A stretch of 62,950 nt of DNA, filler included, from Reclinomonas americana ATCC 50394 (taxonomy: Eukaryota): assembly GCA_048213135.1 (NCBI GenBank). It is 5 parts of 2 records of this genome, joined end to end, with 100 filler letters (N's around TTAATTAATTAA, not from the genome) between each part and the next. Parts side by side here need not be neighbours in the genome. Positions count along the whole stretch, not along the records: positions 32,945 to 56,867 come from PS015272.1; 4 more parts are not named here. One strand, given 5' to 3'. The notes under the pieces were generated by a model. The model searched no databases. It was not told where the DNA came from and saw nothing but the letters and a program-made list of their open reading frames with translations. The number at the start of each line of letters is the position of its first letter. Position 1 is the first letter of the stretch. Position numbers and translations under genes: made by a program. Positions 36,201-48,143 of this stretch are shown piece by piece.

Positions 36201-39200
36201 GGGCCAGAGCATCACCTTCACCATTACTGGCGGCGCGAACGCGTCTTTGTTCAATATTAGCGGCACAAGCTTGCGCTCCAATGTTGCCGGTCTCACCGGT
36301 AGTGGACTGCGAGTGACCGTGCGAGCGAGTGATGGCGTTGGAGGAACGGCCTCGACTTCGTTCACTATTAACGAAGGTCTGCTCTCTCGAAACCCCGTAT
36401 TGATCATCGATGCGTGCTCTCTTATTCCCCTTGTGTGTCACATTCAGTCAACTTCCCCCCGACTGCACCCACGCTGTCGACAACCACGTACATTCCACCG
36501 CTTCTGCTGAACGGTGTGATTGGCACACTGTCGTCGTCGGACCCGAACACGGGACAGACATTGACCTTCACCGTCGCCGGTGGTGTCAACGCGTCGCTGT
36601 TCAACATTGACGGATCGTCTCTGCGTTCCAATTTTACCGGACTGACGGGCAATGGACTGCAAGTGACCGTACAAGTGAGCGACGGAGTTGGTGGAGTTAC
36701 CAGTGCCACATTCGTCATCAGCGAAGGTGTGTTGCTGTGTTGACTAGTTGCATCTCTCTGACTCACTATGCTCATGTGTACACTTATTTTGCTCTGTGTG
36801 TTGCAGCCAATGTGGTGCCGACGGCGCCTACATTGTCGACCACTCTCTACACGCCACCGCTCGCACTCAACGGGACCGTCGCCACGCTGACTTCTGTGGA
36901 TCCAAACTCCGATCAAACTCTGACGTACACCATCACGGGCGGCGCACACGCGTCCCAATTCAGCATCAGCGGCGCGACTCTGCGTTCCAACGTGGCCGGC
37001 CTCACCGGCAACAACTTGCAGGTGGTGGTGATGGTGAGCGATGGCGCAGGCGGCTCGGCCACCAGCACGTTCACAATCTCCGAGAGTTGCGTTCTCTTTT
37101 TCTTTCATTTCTCTCGCTATACGTGTCTAACAACGGATGAGTGAGCAGTCAATGTTGTGCCGTCGACGCCGACGCTGTCTTCGAGCACGTACACGAAGCC
37201 CCTTGCCTTGCACGGCGTTGTGGGAGCTTTGCTGTCGAACGACCCCAATACCGGTCAGACACTGCTGTTCACCATCACGGGTGGCGCGGATCAGGCATTG
37301 TTTGTGATCATCGGTTCGAATCTGTGCTCGAACGTGGCGGGGCTGATTGGCAACGGCTTGCGGGTATCCGTGAGCGTCAGCGATGGCGCAGGTGGCGTCG
37401 CCAGCACCGCGTTCGTCATCAACGAGGGTGAGTTTCGAGCATCGCACGTCAATGGTTTTCTTGGTGACTGCCTTTTCACATGCTAATGGTCTATGTTCTT
37501 GATGCAGTGAATCTCCTCCCGACAGCTCCGGTGCTCTCCAACAGTCTCTTTGTACCCCCGCTTGCACTGAATGGTGTCATTGGCACACTGTCGTCGACGG
37601 ATGGCAACACCGGCCAGGTGCTGTCATTCACCGTCGTTGGAGGCTCCGATGCCACTCTGTTCAACATCAGTGGCTCTTTGCTGCGGAGCAACGTGGTGGG
37701 CCTGACAGGTTATAACTTGCAAGTGACGGTGCAGGTGAGCGACGGAGCAGGTGGTTTGGCGAATGCATTGTTCAGCATCAACGAAGGTGCGTCGGGCACG
37801 GAGAGTGTGTGTCCCTTTTTATGATGCCACTCACCGAGTTGTGTTTCGGTTTCTGCAGCAAATGTGGCACCGACTGGCATCACGCTGTCGTCCGCTGTGT
37901 ACAATCCGACACAGTTGCCTCTGGCGATGATTGGCACCCTCAGTTGCACAGATGCGAACACGGCACAGAGTTACACGTTTACAGTGCTGCCAACTGGCAA
38001 TGGCGCCCTGTTCCGAGTGATGAACGGCAACCAGCTGTTCATCAGCAGTGCCACCGAAACGGTCACGCCGCTCAGCGTGAGCATCAAGGCCACCGACAGT
38101 GGCACGCCGCCGCTGTCCGTCACGCAACTGCTTACCGTGAATGCTGGTGCGCATGGGAGAAGTGTGCTGTATTCTTGTGTCATTTATGTTGCTCACCATG
38201 ACAATAGCCAATCTTCCTCCTACGGGCCTTGCCCTCTCGTCGAGCGAGTATCGGCCGCCGCTGCCGTTGAATGGAGTGGTTGGCACGCTGTCGGCCACCG
38301 ATGCGAACTGCTGCCAGACGTTGACGTATCGGTTGGTTGGTGGTGCTGATCAGAGCAAGTTCACGATCGTCGGCAACCAGCTGCGCAGTAACGTCGCGGG
38401 CGGGCTCACCGGTACTGGATTGCAAGTGAGTGTGGAGGTGGCGGATGGCGCTGGTGGAACACAGATGCTGCAATTCGTAATCAACGAAGGTGAGTTGGTG
38501 GGGGAAGAATGTGGGAGAGGATGGGGGAGGGGAGGGGGAAGAACGGGGGAAACGAATGGGGAGAGGGCGCGGAGAGGATGGGAGAGAGGACAGGGGAGAG
38601 GATGGGGAAAAGAATGGGGGTAGGGGATGGGGNNNNNNNNNNNNNNNNNNNNGGGGAAAGAATGGGAGAGAGAATGGGGGAGAGGATGGGGGAGGATGAG
38701 GGAAGAGGATGGGATGGGGGAGAGGATGGGGGAGAAGGTAGGGGGGAGAACGAGGGAGAGAATTAGGGAGAGGATGGGGGAGAGAATTAGGGAGAAAATG
38801 GGAGAGAGAACGGGGGAGACGATGAGGCAGGAATAGAGAGAGAAGATGTGGAAAAGGAGGGGGGTAGAAGTTGAGGGGAGAGGATAAGGGCGCATTATAC
38901 CGTCTGTGTGTGCTCTTCCCTCTTGTTCTCTTTCTGCTCTTTCTGATTTCCTCGAGTTCATGCTCTCCTCGTCCTTCGTACTCATGCCATGGTTGTGCAG
39001 TCAATGTGCCGTCCACACGACTCGTGCTCTCCGCCTCGGCATACACTCCACCGACGCCAGCGGCCAACCAGATTGTCGGCACACTCTCCACTGTGGACCT
39101 CAATTGCTGTCAGACCTTCACGTATGCGATTGTGGGTGGTGGTGATGCTGCTCTTTTTGATCTCGTCAACGGCAATCAGCTGGTGCTGCGCAATGCCGGA

Positions 39201-42200
39201 CAGCGTGGAAGTAATCTTTCGGTCACCATCCAGTCGACCGATGACGCGACACCTCCGCTGTCCACGCAACAGTCGTTGACTATCACAGAAGGTGGGGTTT
39301 TCTTCAGCGTTCGCGTTTATTGTGAAATATTCTCGCTGTTGTCTCACTATTTCCCACCCGCAGCCAATGTGCCGCCGACCGATATTACGCTCACTGCCAA
39401 CACATACACACCACCGACGGCGACAACAAACACGGTGGTCGGCACTCTGTCTACGGTCGACATTAACAGCATCGAATCCTTTACGTATACCATTGTCGGC
39501 GGCACCTCTTCTGCGCTCTTCGCCGTTGTCAACGGCAACCAGCTGGCGCTGTTGCCGACGGGGGTACGTGGCGGTGGTTTCCGCGTTGTTGTGCGCACGG
39601 CGGATCGGTTTGGAGCGACGTTGGATAAGATGTTCATCGTCAATGATGGTGAGTTGGGAGGGAAGAGAAGAGGGGAGGGGGCAAGAGGGGAGGAGAGAGG
39701 TGGACAGCCTCGCACTTGGCACCTCTTGTATTTCTATATCCCTTCTTTGAATTCTCATTCACATCAATCTGCAGTCAACGTGTCGCCCACCGACCTCGCG
39801 CTCTCGACGGACGTCTACACACCGAACTGGCCGCAGTCGAATGTGGTGGTTGGAGTGCTGACGGTCACCGATGCCAATCCGTCCGACACGTACACGTTCA
39901 GCGTCACTGGTGGTGTCGATGCGACGAGTTTCGCCGTCAGTGGATCGTCGCTGGTCACCCGGGTGGCACGCGTCACCGGTAACCAGCTGACAGTTGAGGT
40001 CACTGGTACATGCGTCGGCTGCGGGGATGTCATTACGCGAATGTTTACTTTAAACGAGAGTTTCGTGTTTTCTTGTTTCTTCGCGAGTGGAATGTCAAAG
40101 AGCTCATGAGCATGCTGCGCAGGAAATGTGGCACCCACGCTGGTGCAACTGAGTAGCACATCGTATGTGAGACCGAGTGCGCCTTCCAACATTCCCATTG
40201 GCGCGTTGACGGCAGCCGACGACAACTGCTGTCAGACGTTCTCGTACTCTGTCGTTGGTGGCACGGACGCGTCACGGTTCTTCGTCGGCCTGGATTTGGT
40301 GCTGTATCTGCGATACGACGCGACTGTAATGTCGGGACTGCAAGTGCAGATTCAAGTGGACGACGGACAGGGTGGACTGTTTGCCGGCTCGTTTACGATT
40401 TCCGAAGGTACTTTTGTGGAAGAGTGGATACTAGAAAAGAAGTGATTGATGTGCCTGCGTGTGTTCATCATTCTGCCAGTCGTGGTGCATGCTGTTGTGT
40501 CGCTTCTCTCCTCGCCCTCATTGTTTTCATCTCCTCTCCGCTCCTCAGTCACGGTGCAACCGCTGGCTCTTTTCCTGTCGTCCACGACATACGTGCCACG
40601 AAGTGCCGCCAGCAATGCTATCATCGGCACGTTGTCGACGGTGGACGCCACTGTCGGTCAGAGTCATGTGTACGCAGTGGTCGGCGGCGCAGCGCAGGCG
40701 CAGTTCACCATCACGGGCGCCAACAAGCTGGTCCTTGTGCCGGCCAATGTCAGTGGGAACGGACTGGAAGTGGTGGTGCGCACCACCAACACGAATGGAG
40801 TCATTTTCCAAAAGACGTTTGTGATCAACGAAGGTGGGTGTATCGACGACGGCAAGTTGCTGAGGGTCTTGCGAGTTGCAGCTGACTGTGAACATTGTTG
40901 TTGTGCAGTCAATGTACCGCCTGCCGACATTCGCGTGCTTCCCGACGCCACCTACACACCGCCGACGGTGACGTCGAATACGGTGGTAGGCACACTGACG
41001 ACGGATGATGACAACGCTGCTGACACGTTCACGCACACGCTGCTGGGCGGACCTGCGGCGGACCTGTTCCAGATTGTCAATGGCACAACTCTCGTGTTGC
41101 GCAATGCTCAGCAACGTGGCAGTCGGTTCTCCGTGCTCGTGCGCTCCACGGATTCACGAGGAGCGTTCTTGGACAAGATTCTGGTTGTCGATGATGGTTT
41201 GCGTGTGGTGACGTCGCCCGATGATTCAACGCGCGTCTCTCTGTGCTCACTTTGTCTCTGCGCAGTGCCTGTGGCGCCATCCGACATTGCGCTGTCGAAC
41301 GCTGTGTACACGCCACCTGTTACCATGTTGAATACGGTGGTTGGTGTATTGTCGGCGGTGGATGGCAATTCGGATGACACATTCACGTTTGCGATTGTGC
41401 CGGAACTGGATGCGGTGAGTGAGGCACATCAAGAGAGAGGGAAGAGGGAAGGAGAAGGGAGAAGGGAGATGAAAGGAGAAGGTAGAGGGAAGGAGGAGAA
41501 GGGAGAGGGAGGGAGGAGGAGAGAGAGAAGGAGAAGAGAGAGAAGGAGAAGAGAGAGGGAAGGCGAGGGGAGAGGGATGGAGAAGGGAGAGGGAAGGAGA
41601 CGAGAGGGATGGAGTATAGAGGGAAGGGAAAGAGAAAGGGAAGGAGAATGGAGAGGGAAGGAGAAGTGAGAAGGAGAAGGGAGAGGGAAGGAGAAGAGAG
41701 GGAAAAGAGAGGGAGGGGCGACAAGGAATGAGAATGAGAGTGTCAATCGAGCAGATGATGTGGAAGACATGAAATAGAGGCGGAGAAAATAAGACAAGGG
41801 GAGAGAGGAAGAGGGAGCTGCCGCCGAACATCTTGTGTCGCCAGAGAATCATTTTCCAGTCGGTTGAGTACGTGTGTATGAGAGTGTCCGTGGTAAGGGG
41901 AGAGAGAGAATATCAGAGCACCTCCTATCAGACGCTCGTCCAATAAGGAGTGGCTCGTGGAATATACACAAGACATATAAAAACCGAAGAGGCGATGCCA
42001 AAGCTGCATCTTCGACAGTGCTGAGCGTAGAACAGTTGTTCAGCTGTTGCACAAGAGATGGGAATCTTTCTTAACGTATTTCTTAGCCTTTTTGCTGAAA
42101 ACTCTTGGCCACCTGTCACTCATTCCCCCTTCCATCATCGCAGTCACATTTTGACATCCTCGGAAGCCAGTTGGTGATGACGCAAGTTGGAGACACGGGA

Positions 42201-43440
42201 GCATGGAGCGTCAAGATCACTGTCACAGATTCCACCGCAAAGACCTTTACCAAGCTCTTTGTTGTTGCTGAAGGTTTGCATGATGTGCTTCTTTTATTGT
42301 GCACACTCCCATTAACTTGCTTCTCCTTCACGCACAGCCCGTGTACTGCCGACTAATCTGACAGTTGGCAGCACGTCGTACCCGGTGGGTCTGCCACTCG
42401 GCGGCACTGTTGCCACTCTGCGCACCGCCCACCCGAACTGCTGCGTCACCATCGTGTATACGATTATTGGCGGCGCCGATGCGGTTCGTTCTTCAGCACA
42501 CCCTTCATCTACGACGACATGCTCACTCACCTTCTTTACCACACCGTAGGCAAAATTCCGCATTCAAGACGACAAGCTGATATCGAATGTGCTTTCACTA
42601 GCCGGCAACAATCTCGAAGTGTCGATACGAACCGACGATCAGCAAGGAGGTGTACTGGAGAAGACCTTTGTTCTCTCGGAAGGTACGTTGAACAAAGTAG
42701 GGCTTTGTACTTCAAAAATCGATATGCTTACACCTCCGCAGTGCTCGTGGCCCCGAGTGAAATCTCACTGTCGGCCACCACCTACGTGCCTCGCACGCTG
42801 AACACCAATTACGTTGTTGGTACGCTGACGACCACGGACTCCAACTGCTGCGAGTCATTCACGTACACGATTCGAGGAGGCGCTCAAGCCTCCATTTTCA
42901 ACATTGCTGGCAACAAGCTGCGCTTCACGGTGGAGAATGTTGGAGGGCAGCCGTTCGAAGTGATCGTGCGCTCGACAGACTCCAATGGATTGTGGTTGGA
43001 GAGGACCTTCACCATTACAGAGGGTTTGTGTGGGTTGCTTTTTCCGTCGCTCTCTCAGCTACGTCTAGCTCACCTGTCTGGTTGACAGCGAATGCGGCGC
43101 CGGTGGGTGTGGCAATCGAACCGGCGCTGTTCAAGGGACCCGTGTCGCGCAATGGATTGGTGGGACGGCTGCGCGCGCTGGATGCCAATTGCTGTCAGAC
43201 GCATACATTCACCTTGGTTGGCGGCGCTGCCAAGGTCTGCAATCGCGATTGTCGTGGCCATTGGTCTTAATCTCCCACTCATCGTGGTGTTCCTTGAGCA
43301 GGAGAACTTTTTCATTGCGGCTGCTGAATTGCGATCGAATGTGGATCGATTGTCGGGAAGTGGAATGCAGGTGGTGATTCTGGTGGACGATGGAACCGGA
43401 GTAGGAGGCCGGATGAACAGCACTCTCATCATCAGCGAAG
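24286..43440 (+). repeat. Tandem exon-intron array, unit ~350 bp (exon ~276-291 nt + intron mostly ~60-105 nt), 51 units counted
   Basis: Nearly every exon starts after AG with the last two bases of a codon followed by AAY-GTN, and ends ATC-AAC/AGC-GAA-G|GT. Units to ~35400 are near-identical at DNA level; units after ~37800 are diverged. Confidence 0.95.
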
Positions 43441-46400
43441 GTTTGGAGAGAAAGTGAGGGAGAGAGGGGCGGAGTGAAAGAGGGGGAGTAGAAGGAAGTG
43501 GGGTGGACTGAGTGGGGGGAGGGAGAGCAGAGTGAGAGTGAGAGAGAGAGAGGCAAGAGGGATTGTGTGTGTGTGTTTCTCTCTGTGTGTGGCTGGGGGT
43601 GAGTGGAGCAGTAGGAGTGTGGGGTGGTGATAATGTGGCGGAGGACGTGCAATAGATGAAACTTCTAATCAGAGGTGGACTTAGTTCGTCGCCGTCTGTC
43701 AGTGAGTGCCTATCGAAATCGGATGCATTAGTTGCTGCTCTTTTTTCTTGAGAGCCGATTGTGGCTGAGAGGTGGTGTAAGTGGTGGTGCACCAGAGATG
43801 GAAACAATCGGTCTATGATTGTCTGTGTGTAGTTAGTTGATTGACATTCTCGTCTCTCACAGAACCGCCGCCTCCACTGCCGCCACCAACTGTCAGCCTT
43901 GTGCCCGGTGTGGCGACCAGTGTTCCAACTGGCACAACCACGGTGGCGACCAGCGTGGTGTACGCCAACTCCGGCAATGCGGTGACGTGGCAGGCGACGA
44001 CTGTTGTCGCCAGCAAGGTCAATGTGGAGCTGTGGGCACTAGTTAATGGTTTGTCTGAGCAACTGGCGCCTCCTCTCCTCTCCTGTCGCACTCACTTGGT
44101 GATCGCACGCAGGCACATTTGTGAAGCAGGTGGAACTGGCCAGTGGGCTCGACAGAGCTCTGTCGTCCACTGAATTGGATGCATCGCTCAAATCGGTGAA
44201 GAACATGGTGTCGTCGAGTGCCACGCTGAGGGTGGTGGTGACGGAGGCGTCGACAAATGGCACGGTGGTCGGCTCGACGGATGCGTTCATGTTGAAATGT
44301 TGCGAATGGGGGTGAAAGGGGGATGGGGGGCAGATAAAGAGGAGCGGAATGGGCGTGAGGGCTGAGAAGAGAAACAGGAGGGTTAGAATTGGAGAGAGAG
44401 TCAAGGGAATGAGCGAGTGACTGCAAGAAAGGAAAAGGGAGAGAGAGAAACGGAGATGAAGGAGTTGAAAGAGAGGGAGAATTGAGATAGCAGAGTGGGA
44501 CAAAAGGTGAGGGGTTTGAGAGAGAGAGAGGGTGAGAATGTACGAGTGAGTAAGGAACACGGCAAGGGAGGTGTGAATGAAGAAGGAGAGAGAGAAACAG
44601 AGATGGAGGAATTGAAAGAGTAATAATTGCGACGGCAGCAAGGGAGGTGAGAAGAAATAAGTGGGAGAGTGGACAGAGAGNNNNNNNNNNNNNNNNNNNN
44701 NNNNNNNNNNNNNNNNNNNNNNNNNNNNNNNNNNNNNNNNNNNNNNNNNNNNNNNNNNNNNNNNGAGAGAGAGAGAGAGAGAGGGTCCGAATGAAAGGTA
44801 GCTAGGGAGGTGAGAAGAAGAAGTGGAGTGAAGATAGGGATTGAGAGTGAGAGTCAGAAGGAAATGAGCGAGTGGGTGAGGGGACACAGCACGGGAAGTG
44901 AGAAGACAAAGGACAGTGAGAGAGGAGACATGGAAGGAAAAGGGCGATTGAGTGATGAAAGGCAACATTGGAGAAAAGAAGAGGCAGGGAAGAGAGCGAG
45001 CGACTGAGTAAGTGAGTGAAAGGCAGCAAGGGAAGCGAGAACTCAAGGGGAGTGAGAGGCGCAATGTGTGAGAAATATTGAGAGACAAATAGAGAGAGTT
45101 AGCAGGAGAAGGCGAGTAAGTTAAAGGCAACAGTGGAGGAATGAAGAGGCAGGCGAGAGAGCGAGCGACGCAGCAAGGGAAGGGAGAAGGAAAGGAGTGT
45201 GAGAGTTACAGTGTGTGAGGGACATCTATAGAGAGACAAAGAGACAGCGAGGTACGAAACGAAAAAGGCGAGTGATAGAAGGCAACAGTGGAGAAATGAC
45301 GAGGCAGAGAAGAGAGCGAGCGACTGAGTGAGTGAGTGAAAGGCAGCAAGGGAAGTGAGAACTCAAGGAAAGTGAGAGGCACAATGTGTGAAGGATATCT
45401 AGAGAGACAACGAAGGAGAGATAGAAGGAGAAAGCGAGTGATAAAGGCAACAATGGAGAAATGAAGAGGCAGGGAAGAGAGCGAGCGACTGAGTGGGAAG
45501 GAAGAGGAGAGTGAGACAGAAATAGAGTGAGAATGAGTGAGTTAGTGATTGCAAGGCAACATGAAGGTGAGAAGGAAAAAGGGAGAGAGGAAGCAGTGAT
45601 GGAGGAATAGATGGAGAGAGAGAGCGTGAGTGAGAGTCAGGAAAGAGAATGGGTGAATAAGTGGGAGAGACTAGGTGAGAGTGCGCGTTCGTTTCTGGCG
45701 ACATTGCTCACGAGCTCTGCTCTTTGCTCCACCCTTCGCAGACCCAAGTATCGCGAGTCGTGCGTCAGCCACACAGGCAGAACCGGCCTCAGTTGCTGAG
45801 CCGCTGCTTGTCACGTGGATTTGCGATGGACCACCAAAGGCCACGAACTTTACAATCACTGTGAGTGTGAATTCGTCGTTTGTAGGCTGCGTGCAGGTGA
45901 TCATCGCTCACGTTATTTGTCATCACATAGTTGCAACAGCGTTCCAGTTCCAGTGGCTCGCCGGTTTCACTTGGACAGGTGGCCACGCAAGTTCCTGGAG
46001 CATGCACTGCCGGTGCCAGTGCGACGACATCTGTGTCCCGTGACTCTATCAGTGGCACCGCAGCCGAGCTTGCTCGCGCGCTGAATGGCACCAATACGGC
46101 CACGCTGACGCTGGCCACCAGTGTCACCGGCGTCAAGCTGCACGGTGGCGCTGATTACTTGTTTGAAGTGACGCCGGAAGTGGATGATGTCTTGCTGTAT
46201 GACATCTCGCCGACTGAGACGTTCCGTGTGTTTGGTGAGTGGATGCAGAGGGGAGAGGGAAGAGGGGAGACACAGGAGGCATCATAGTGATTTGAGTTGA
46301 GGCGGGGGCAGTTTGTTTCTGCCAACTTTGTCTGTGCGCCAGCGCATCTCTCCCTCCTTTGCCTCTCTCTCTCTCTCATTCACCCTTGGCGTCACCCCAG

Positions 46401-48112
46401 ATCCCACCTCCGTCCTGTCGACTTCCACGTGTCCCTCCTCCATTCGTTGTTGGTACTGGGTAACGCTGATGGCTGTGGGAGGCGCGCTGGTGTGCATGAC
46501 TGCCACTTGCTGGTGTCTATTTGCGCGCTACCGCCGTCGGCGCGATCGGCGTCGTAGCCTCAGCGCCGGCAAACTCAGTCCAGGCGCGGAGCTGCTGCAC
46601 GGCCGGGATGCCACCTTCCTCAAGTTTATCGTGTCGCCCGCATTGTGGTGTGCACGAGACACTGCGCGCAAGCCGGATGCGGAGCTCGCGGTTGTCCATG
46701 CAAGCGGCCCTGTCACATTGACAATGATTGACTTGCCTGCGACTCGTTTCGTGCTTGCCTTGGTATCTCGTAGCGAAAATTAGTATGTTTGTTCACTTGC
46801 ATCTCTCTGCAGCCTCTGCCGCCGCCGTTGTGCCGCCAGGATGTTGCGTGACATGTTCCTACACTCTTCATTTGTACTTGCACCTAAAATCGCAGACTCG
46901 TTCTTCGTTAGCCCTTTCTTTCTCTTTCTGTATGTTCTCTACTCCTTAGTTGTGATTTCTCACTGCCTTTTGCATGCACAGCACGGTCATTAACATCGCT
47001 TGCGGGTCGCACGGCACCACCGTCGCTGAGGAACGCCTCACTACTCTTCTTCACTCCACATCCACCGCTGCCGTTGCCGCCACAGCTGCCGCCTTTGTCA
47101 TCACTTGCAAACGACAGTGTGTCCCCGGACAACGTACGAGTGCGCGTCGATGTGCCTCGACAGCCTGTATTACGACTGCCGAATCTCCCCAGCCTGTCAG
47201 AATTCACCCTGCGCTCAGGCGGTCGACTGACGCCACCTCCTTGGCCTCCTGCACTCGCGCCTCGTCGCCTTCCAGAGTTGCCTTTCAAACTGACATTCAA
47301 TCGCTTGTACTTGTCGCGAATGGAATCATTTTCATCGCTGTCGTCGTCGGCGTCATCGTCGTCGTCGTCGGCACCCGTGGCCGAGGAAGTCGACCGCAAC
47401 GTGCCTCAATTGCCGAGGCTGTCAACGGTTGATCTGCCGTTGCCACCACCGCCTCTGCCGCCACCACGGCGTCTGTCATTGCAGCTGCCGACAGTGCCGG
47501 TGAGTGATACGGGGGGAAAGAGGAGAGCTGTTAATTCACGGAGGAGTTTACTTTTCGTTTCTTTGTCTTTATTTGACTTCTTCTTGTTCTTTGGCCTTCT
47601 TCTTTTTCTGAGTGACTCACTCACTCCTCGCTTGAAATCGCTTTGCAGGTTGCGTCGGTCTCGTTGCCGCAGCGCATGCAGTTGCCGCCAGTGGTGAGCT
47701 GTTGCTTGCGCTCAGCAGCTTTGTGTCGATGTTGTCGCTCACTTGTATGTGTGTGCAGCAACAGCAGCGGTTGCCGGTGTTGCCGTCGTTGCCGAGTTCA
47801 TTGTCGCGTCGGTTGCCGCCGCGTTTGCCGCGGGTCGGTGATTTGAGCGTGCCTCTGCCGCTGCCGCCGCCGCCAGCAGTTGCGCAAGGGAAAGGGAAAG
47901 GGAGGAAGGGGGGAAGGGGGAGGAAAGGGGAGAAGGAGGGAGAAGGAGAGAAGGGAGAAGAGGGGGTAGAGAAGGAGAGAAGGATGGGAGAGAAGGAGTG
48001 AAGAGAAGGGAGAGCGGGGAAGAAAGGGAGGAGGGAGAGATTGGAGAAAAGGGTGCGAACGGCAGTGGGATAGTTAAGAGAAGGGCGAGAAGTGAGAGAA
48101 ACGCACACATGC

Positions 48113-48143
<31 letters not shown>

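Noticed and set aside
24346-37700. Repeated antisense ORFs (MIVNVVLAVPPAPSLT...)
   Set aside because: These are shadow frames of the repetitive plus-strand exons
24286-37800. CRISPR-like array (conserved repeat with variable ~65-bp spacers)
   Set aside because: The conserved units are ~280-nt coding exons and the variable parts are GT-AG introns with branch points; no cas genes are present
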